This document shows, piece after piece, positions 56,056 through 64,000 of a stretch of 64,000 nucleotides of DNA. How positions within the stretch are numbered: the first letter of the stretch is position 1; each line of letters begins with the position of its first letter. The notes under the pieces were generated by a model. It had not been told where the DNA came from and did not search any database. It worked only from the letters and a program-made list of their open reading frames with translations. The position numbers and the translations under genes are program-made. The stretch covers positions 2,790,001 through 2,854,000 of the forward strand of contig OX597836.1 of assembly GCA_951406725.2 (NCBI GenBank), given 5' to 3'. The stretch is from Octopus vulgaris. Taxonomy: Eukaryota.

Positions 56056-57727
56056 GTTGGATGTGTGTCTGTGTTTTAATGCGTCTACTTTTTTTAGATT
56101 AGTCACGTTTTTATCACGTAGTGTTGAAATTATCTCTTCACGCATAAATAATGAATAACACAACAAACAAAACATACGACAGATAAAAACGCCCAAAGAG
56201 TATTTCTCGCCGAATGAAGATGCTTTGACAAGAGCCAGAAATTGAATAAAGGTATAGATGCTGAAATACCTCTACCACAAAACACTGGAATTACAAGGAA
56301 TCTTCTCTTTTTGCAATATGGCTATAATATTGCTCTTGGCATGGTGAACGGCTTCTGCTCTGCTTAATTCATAACGAATATTTCTTGAAAGAATATTTGA
56401 AGCCATCCAGATTTAAAGGCATCTTCTAGTAAAATATATGCGGTTATTATGCTAGCAAAGCAAGACTTTTTTTTTACTAACGTTTGAAATCTTAAAAGTT
56501 TTCTGAAATGCGTTTTATAACCAGGCACCTAGTTTAAGAAACAATTGATAACAGATATATTATGCCTGATTAGAAATATAACTAAAAAACATAGAAAGCC
56601 ATATCGATGTATTTGTATTGCTAATGACGGATGGAATTTCAGTCAGAATATATTCAGAGGTGGAACACTGCGTATAAAATATGGAAGAAAATATGAGTAC
56701 ATAAACAAAATTCAATTAATATTACCGCTTCTAATCTTAGATGAATTATGTTGAATTATAATGAAGTAGAACACTTTATTCTGAGCTAAGTGTGTTAATA
56801 CAAGACAGAATTCCAAATATCGACTTCAGCAAGACTCAGGCATTGAATGCGGCAAGGAATTAAAGTAAATTGCACCGCATAGGAAAATGAATTGATTGGG
56901 AAATGAAAATGAGCAGCGAAATGAGTTGTACGCTGTTTACGATGGTAATAGTGCGGCCTTTAACAAAAAGAAACTCATATAGGTAATAGAATGTTTCCAC
57001 GATGTGACTTCACTTTTCAAAGGATGCTATTTCTCAGTTAATATTTGGAACAAAAATCGAATGAACTCATTTGAGAAAGTCACATAATGCCAATTAGAAA
57101 TGTAAGAATTTCTGAAGAAAACAAACCTATGGAAATATACATTAGAAAAGGATAATCGCAAAATAACTTTGTGCACTCAATGACGATCCTTCATGTGAGC
57201 GTAATTTTACAATTAATTCGATTAAGATTATAATTGATCACGTTCTCGTTCTGGAGGAAACCTTTTATATATATATATATATATATATATCTTTCACACG
57301 GCACAGAAATCTGTGAATGAGATTTATTTCAGAAATAAAAGAAGCGTCGAAACATCTTAATCGATGCTTTGCTTCTCTCATCTTACGTTAATTCGCTATC
57401 TTTGAAAGCTGAAACGAATCTGAAGAGCTACCTTGCGATTCAAGTTTTATATACGAATTTTCAAAAGATATACTTGGGAAAAAAATTAGTTGAATAGGAA
57501 ATCAAAACCTCCTTTTGTGGGATCCAGCAAAGGAAGGCTACTCCTTGTTTACTTTCTCCATATTTGTTTATATCAGCATTTTCACATTTAGCAGGATTCA
57601 AGATGAAATATCATTCAGTAATAAAGAACGTAGAAATTTGAACAGCAAAGTAGACAACCGCCAGGCCAGGAGTTTGTTGCAAAGCGTCGGAACGCTATTA
57701 CTCTCTTGAAAATATTCGTAGATTTTA

Positions 57728-58170
57728 GAGGCGGTGAGCTGCCAGAAACGTTAGCACACCGGGCGAAATGCTTAGCGGTATTTCATCTGCTGCTACGTTC
57801 GGAGTTCAAATTCCGCCGAGGTCGACTTTGCCTTTCATCCTTTCGGGGTCGATTAAATAAGTACCAGTTACGCACTGGAGTCGATACAATCGTCTTAATC
57901 CGTTTGTCCCTTCTGTGTTTAGCCCCTTGTGGGTAGTAAAGAAATATGTATTTCGTCTGCCTTTATGTTCTGAGTTCAAATTCCACCGAGGTCGACTGTG
58001 CCTTTCATCCTTTCGGGGTCGATAAAATAAGTACCAGTTACGCACTGTGATCGATATAATCGACTTAATCCGTTTGACTGTCATTGTTTGTCCCCTCTGT
58101 GTGTAGTCCCCTAGTGGGTAGTAAAGAAATAGGTATTTCGTCTGTCTTTACATTCTGACTTCAAATGCTG
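57728..58170 (+). mobile_element. Head-to-tail array of SINE family B with Tx1-like tails (two units plus a stub)
   Basis: Tail GTAAAGAAATA(T/G) joined to the internal head sequence GTATTTCGTCTG at ~57948 and again at ~58133. Confidence 0.9.
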
Positions 58171-58666
58171 CAATAAAGAAAAAATATATAAGCATACATA
58201 CACACATATCCATCCATCCATCCATCCATACATCCATCCATACATCCATCCATCCATCCATCCATCCATACATACATACATACATACATACATGAATACA
58301 TACATACATACATGCATATATACATGAATACATACATACAAACACTCCCACACGTGAGGATATGAGAAGGAGCAGCGATAAAGGTAGCAGCTACTTTCAA
58401 ATAAACGACCAATAAATCGTAATAAAATGCTGAGAATAAATATTTATTTATTAATTTTAATGATTCGTGACAAATTGCAATTTGTTTCGTTCGGTAAATT
58501 CGAAAAATAGAAAGAAATTCCAATTTATCACGAACCATTACAATTTGCATATACATATATAGATAAACATATACACGCATATACATTATTCATAGACACA
58601 ATCATTTATATCCACAAACATATATATTTATATATATATACATATACAAACACAGGCACACATATA

Positions 58667-58734
<68 letters not shown>

Positions 58735-58768
58735 TATACATAAATATGTACATATGTAATATATGTAC

Positions 58769-58856
<88 letters not shown>

Positions 58857-59180
58857 GTATGTACGTATGTACGACTGTGTGTATAGATATGATGTGGGTA
58901 ATACGATTGAACAATTCCTAGTTTCCACGTATATCACGTGGTACTTCTAGTACCTTGGCCAGTAAAAAATTAACTAAGAGGATACTGGTTCAAACTATTG
59001 TGTAGTAGATGTATCACTGAAACGAGAAATCCTGAGTATGAATTGTATTAGTAAAATAGTTGTCTACATATGTACGAAATACATCCACCAGTCTGTCTGT
59101 CTCTTTATCTATCTGTCTGTCTGTCTGTCTATTTGTTTGTCTGACTGTCTATCTATATATCTCTATCTTTCTCGCTGTCG

Positions 59181-59233
<53 letters not shown>

Positions 59234-59854
59234 CATCTATCTATTTTCCTATCTATTTAGCTTCCCATTTATCTATCTTTCTGTCTTTCTTTCTTTCAAT
59301 CTAGCTAGCTACGTAACTATCTAGCTACCAATTTATCAGTTTATCTATCAACATATATATATATATCCATACAAACGTATACACTCACACAGAGAGGGAT
59401 CATAATCCGTTTATAGGATTATGTCCTTTATAGAAACTCTTTGACTATAATATGAATCATATCAGAATTAAACCACTGCTGTATATCGAATCATTTAGTA
59501 TATGCACACTGACACGCACACAGACTCCTACACACACGCACACACACGTATTTTGAGAGAGCGATTGAGAGATGAGTATGTTAATATAAAACTGTGCGTA
59601 TCCGAATTGTTTTAAGTGTCGCTGAAAAGGAGTGAATCACATAAAAAAGATTTTAAATATTCTACAGGAATCCAGTGAGATGCTTCCTACAGGTGGAACT
59701 GAGAGTGAGAAGAGGCGATCTCCAACCAAAGAAAATATAATTATGAGTATGTTATATATAGTTACATATATGCGTATGGGTGAGTGTGTTTGTGTGGGCC
59801 AGTGTGTATGTGTGTGTATGCATGCGTGTAGATATATATATATATATATATATC

Positions 59855-60045
59855 TTCGCCATGATAGACCGCTAGCCACTACACACACTTTTTGACCCCT
59901 TGTTTCTCTCCTTGTTCTTTCTGTGGAAGAGCGTAGGCTCGAAAAGTTAAAGACGTTTTCAATTCCCGAGCGTTATACTAATACATCTGATTGTTTTTTC
60001 TACACCACCTGTCTTCGTCTTTGTTTTTCTGTGAATTCTCCCCCC
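59855..60045 (+). mobile_element. Short PLE-like repeat with hammerhead-like motif (copy 2 of 3)
   Basis: TCTTT-CTGTGGA-A-GAGC-GTAG-GCTC-GAAA-AG-TT-AAAGA at 59916-59953; TA-rich repeats on both sides. Confidence 0.68.
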
Positions 60046-60084
60046 ATACATATATAAATACAAATATTCACGTACGTGCGTTTG

Positions 60085-60265
60085 CTTGTTCGAGTATGTC
60101 CTCGGCTGAAAAGCCGGTTCGCTTATACCCTGTTACACATGATCTACAAACGATTGATACAATAAGTTCCTGATATTAAATAAATGATCTCCGAAGTTGA
60201 TGTATTCGATGAACCACTTCGATTTTGTGCTCCAGAATAACCCATAGTACGATGAGATGACAGGC
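60085..60265 (+). mobile_element. SINE family C 3' half, highly degenerate
   Basis: AATAAGTTCCTG..GTTGATGTATTCGA..GTGCTCCAGAAT. Confidence 0.4.
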
Positions 60266-60672
60266 TTCGGGGAAAAAATAAAGACCAAAGAATGGATCAA
60301 ATCGTAATACAAACCGCTGATATCACGTGGTGTATTTGTTATTATTACATTTCTGAAACACGCTATATTTTACTTCTCATTAACAAACGTGAAGAATATA
60401 TAAGAAGAAGTATTTGTAGTAGCAACGACGCTTATGCATATCAACAGTGTGGCTGTAGGGAAGTAGATAGGCGAAGCATTCTGCATACTAAATACAAATC
60501 CGACCAAGTCTCATATATTTAATATAGTAAGATGGAAAACATCGAAAGACAGATTATGAAAGCAATTAAAAAAGATTCTTGTTATTTAAGTGTGTAAGTA
60601 TCTAAGAAATACAACAAATAATGGCAACAGGGCAAATAAAATCAATAAATTACAATGTGGGATATATATATG

Positions 60673-60757
<85 letters not shown>

Positions 60758-61399
60758 ATATGTATATGATGGCGGGAAAGCGAGAGAGCGTTATTAAAAT
60801 CGTCTGGTCAAAGTGAAGGCGAAGAATTCTGTTTTATTAGAGTTACAGTGTGGAGATAGTTCTGATAAATTGCTAAAATTGAGAATGATCAATATGTATG
60901 GTTATGGATGTGTGTGTATCAAAGTGCATACATAAAATAAGAAAAATACAGGAACCGGTTTTAAGATCACATATTTATTCACAGATGATTCTCAAAAACA
61001 AACACTGCAAATAATAAATATTGTCTCTGAACTGTTCACACCTCTGATTGTCATCACCATCGCAGTCAGTGGAGTCGTCATCAACATCACCATCATTTTC
61101 ATTATCACATTCGTTATATTTATTATCCTAGTTATTCGTGAACGTATATGCGTAGATAAACGAATATGCACACACACATACTTGTATGGTTTGAGAGAGT
61201 GTGGTGTGTTCTTGTTTGTTTTGTGTATATGTGGGTACGTATCTGTTACGAGGTTAAAATTGCACCCCCCCCCCAGGCTGTGTCTAACTTAACGACGCCA
61301 GTTTGTAGAATCTGGTAATTCTATTTGAAGTGAATATTTGTGGCATCGCAATCTTTACACGATATGAGTTGTTATTGACCAAGACATATACACTCTAGT

Positions 61400-61607
61400 T
61401 ATCCTTTTCTATTCGATGCACAAGGCCCGATAATTTTGGGGATAGGTCATACGATTAGATTGACTCCAGAACGCAACTGGTACTTAATTTATCGACCCCG
61501 AAAAGCAAAGTCGTCTACGGCGGAATTTGAACTCATAATGTAAAGGCAGACAAAATTTTGCTAACCATTTCGCCCGGCGTGCGAACGTTTCCTACCAGCT
61601 CGCCGCT
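61400..61607 (-). mobile_element. SINE family B, type-2 tail
   Basis: GCACAAGGCCCG..AACTGGTACTTAATTTATCGACCCCG..CGGCGGAATTTGAACTCA..CATTTCGCCCGGCGTGC..CCAGCTCGCCGC. Confidence 0.88.
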
Positions 61608-62336
61608 TTATATACTGTAGAAGTATTTTAATAGTTATAGGTTTCATAGCTTCTTGGTTTTGTTTTGAGTTAATACTGTAGGTAGAAGTGTAAATTAAGG
61701 AAGCATAATTGTGTTGCAACACGGTCATACGTTGTAAGACTTAATTATGAAATGCGGGGAGGTGAGGCTATGGCATAGGGTCCGTACTTTGAAGAGATTG
61801 GCAAACGGATATCCATGTATTTGAAGAAATACTTGTGGTATATTAATCACATTGTACAAAAGATCTACCCTTAACATTGGCGCAGGAGAGAAGATTACAG
61901 CAGCGATAATTTGATGTGTGGTGACACGTCACAAGATCTACAACGATATAACATTGTGTGCAGTGCATAAAATCATCTGATAGTTCACTCGTTTGAGTGG
62001 TGCACGATAGCACCTATATTGCTAGAAAGAAGAGGTAAGAATCCTTAGAGCCGCAGGAAAGCACATTTTCGCATACTGAGAGGGTAGATATCCCACCCAA
62101 AGCAAAACTAATTCACTAGACAAGACGAGATTAACCTCATGAGTTCAAGCTCATCAATTGTGACAGGGTTTTAACTCTTACTTCCAGCAACATGGATGCT
62201 ACCCGGCACACCTAAGTATCACTTCAGTTTGTCTTGTACTTGGATATAGCTACCCTCGTTATCTCATATATATATACTTGGAGAGAGAGATAAAGATTAT
62301 GCATATGTACACAAACATCTCTTTCCCTCTCTTGTT

Positions 62337-62397
<61 letters not shown>

Positions 62398-62424
62398 GTA
62401 ATTGACCACTAGTTCCAAAAGTTG

Positions 62425-62595
62425 TTTTTTTCTTTCTCTCTCTGTCTCTGTTTATTTTCTCTTGTTCCCTCCTGTTGAAGAGCGTAGGCTGGAAACGTAA
62501 ACGACTTTCTCACTTTCCCAAGCGTCAAACTTACACACCTGCTTGTTGTTCATACATCTGTCTTCGTCTTTTATTTTTCTGTAAATTTCAACTAT
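62425..62595 (+). mobile_element. Short PLE-like repeat with hammerhead-like motif (copy 3 of 3)
   Basis: CTGTTGA-A-GAGC-GTAG-GCTG-GAAA-CG-TA at 62472-62499; ends in (CA)n. Confidence 0.65.
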
Positions 62596-62608
62596 ACACA
62601 CACACACA

Positions 62609-62656
<48 letters not shown>

Positions 62657-63091
62657 CACACATTTATACATACACTCCTGACTGCATGCGCACGCAGACA
62701 TATTCAAGCACATTAAGACATACACAGTGTATTTAAAGTTTGAGAAATCCTTGGTTCTACGTCACCACGTTAAGACTACACAAACAATAAGCACAACTTT
62801 GTAAGAGCTACGTGTGAAAAATGTTCCGTGGTTGCATATATATCATTAATAATCTGGTGAATCGTAATCTACGGCGTGTTACGTTTCCTCTTCTATCATT
62901 GAGATAAAATATACGAAATGAAAAAAAAAAGAAGAGAAAGAAAACAGTAAGAAGATTAGTAAGAATTTATTGAAAGCTTTAGGGATTAACTCTGTAGGTT
63001 GGCTAGATTGAATTCCTCGGCTTTAGATTGTCGTCGTGTTTATTTATATGTGTGTTCACATGTGCCTGTTAGTGTGTCTGCTATATCTATG

Positions 63092-63127
<36 letters not shown>

Positions 63128-63315
63128 AGTATACATACATAGGTATAGATGTATATACTTATGAACATGTATATTGATAAATGTTCGTGTTTGTGCGTGA
63201 GTAAATGAAGATTCATATATGCATATATGCATTTATGCATATAATTCCCTATATATATGTATATATAAATGTATATATATGTATATATGTATATATATAC
63301 ACATATATACATACA

Positions 63316-63366
<51 letters not shown>

Positions 63367-64000
63367 GTATGTTTGGTTAGATAAATATCGATATATATTA
63401 AGTATACATGCATATATGTATTGATTTGTTTGCTTATAATATATAAATGAATATGGGTATATAGAATTGTATATACATGGTATCTATCGACATATGCATG
63501 GATATACATATACACACACATATAAACGGTCATAGATTTTTAGGAACATAAACTCACATGCTGAAGGTGCTGCTGTATTAATTATAATTTCTCATAATTA
63601 ATTACATTCTATTTTTTTGTGTCTCCTTCAAAAGAGTTAGATCAAAGTCAAACTAAGTAAGAAAATGGACTCAGTTCCTGCTCATAGTCTTAGAATATTG
63701 CAACGGCAGAGTAAGATTGCTTGCATGGAATAATTTCATTTCTTGCCGAATGAAAATCTTTCATTGTCACGAAGATTTTATAGATTGCCATGTGTATACA
63801 ATAGACAATGTTCCAGATGTCTGATATACACTGAAGAGATTGGTTTTTACATCAACCCAGCTAAGAATGGTTTACGAGGGAAGTGAATTACTTTCCAGAG
63901 TTCTTAGTATGGAATTAACGAGTTATTATCTACCGACCATTATCATAGGCACTCGAATCCGTTCACAATATTTGATTCTAATCAACGCCGATCTTACTTT

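Noticed and set aside
61700-62220. Possible old LINE-derived segment
   Set aside because: No motif could be read with enough confidence to assign a family.

Overview
AT-rich eukaryotic intergenic or intronic DNA, saturated with microsatellites and interspersed repeats. The SINE families and microsatellite density resemble cephalopod (Octopus-like) genomes; this is an inference from recall and was not checked. No intact host gene, RNA gene or CRISPR array is supported, and almost all ORFs in the track are microsatellite translations. The readable content is mobile DNA: three tRNA-headed SINE families (here A, B, C; about 30 copies), L1/Tx1-type LINE fragments, R4/Dong-type LINE fragments, a Tc1 transposase remnant, a Tigger-like MITE, an unclassified MITE, a clean non-autonomous Helitron, Penelope-like (PLE) relics and several minisatellites. 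Two signals stand out. (1) A linked retro-system built on one Tx1-type 3' end: the LINE sits in or beside (GATA)n arrays in a fixed orientation, a ~1.95 kb ORF1-only element with the same 3' end lies inside a (GATA)n array, and a SINE subfamily carries the same ~44-nt tail and forms head-to-tail arrays joined at an identical internal site. (2) Two families of minimal, dimer-type hammerhead-ribozyme-like motifs with non-canonical cores: A6U in three dispersed copies, and a probable U3-A8 core in an inverted pair. Coordinates of degenerate repeats are approximate.
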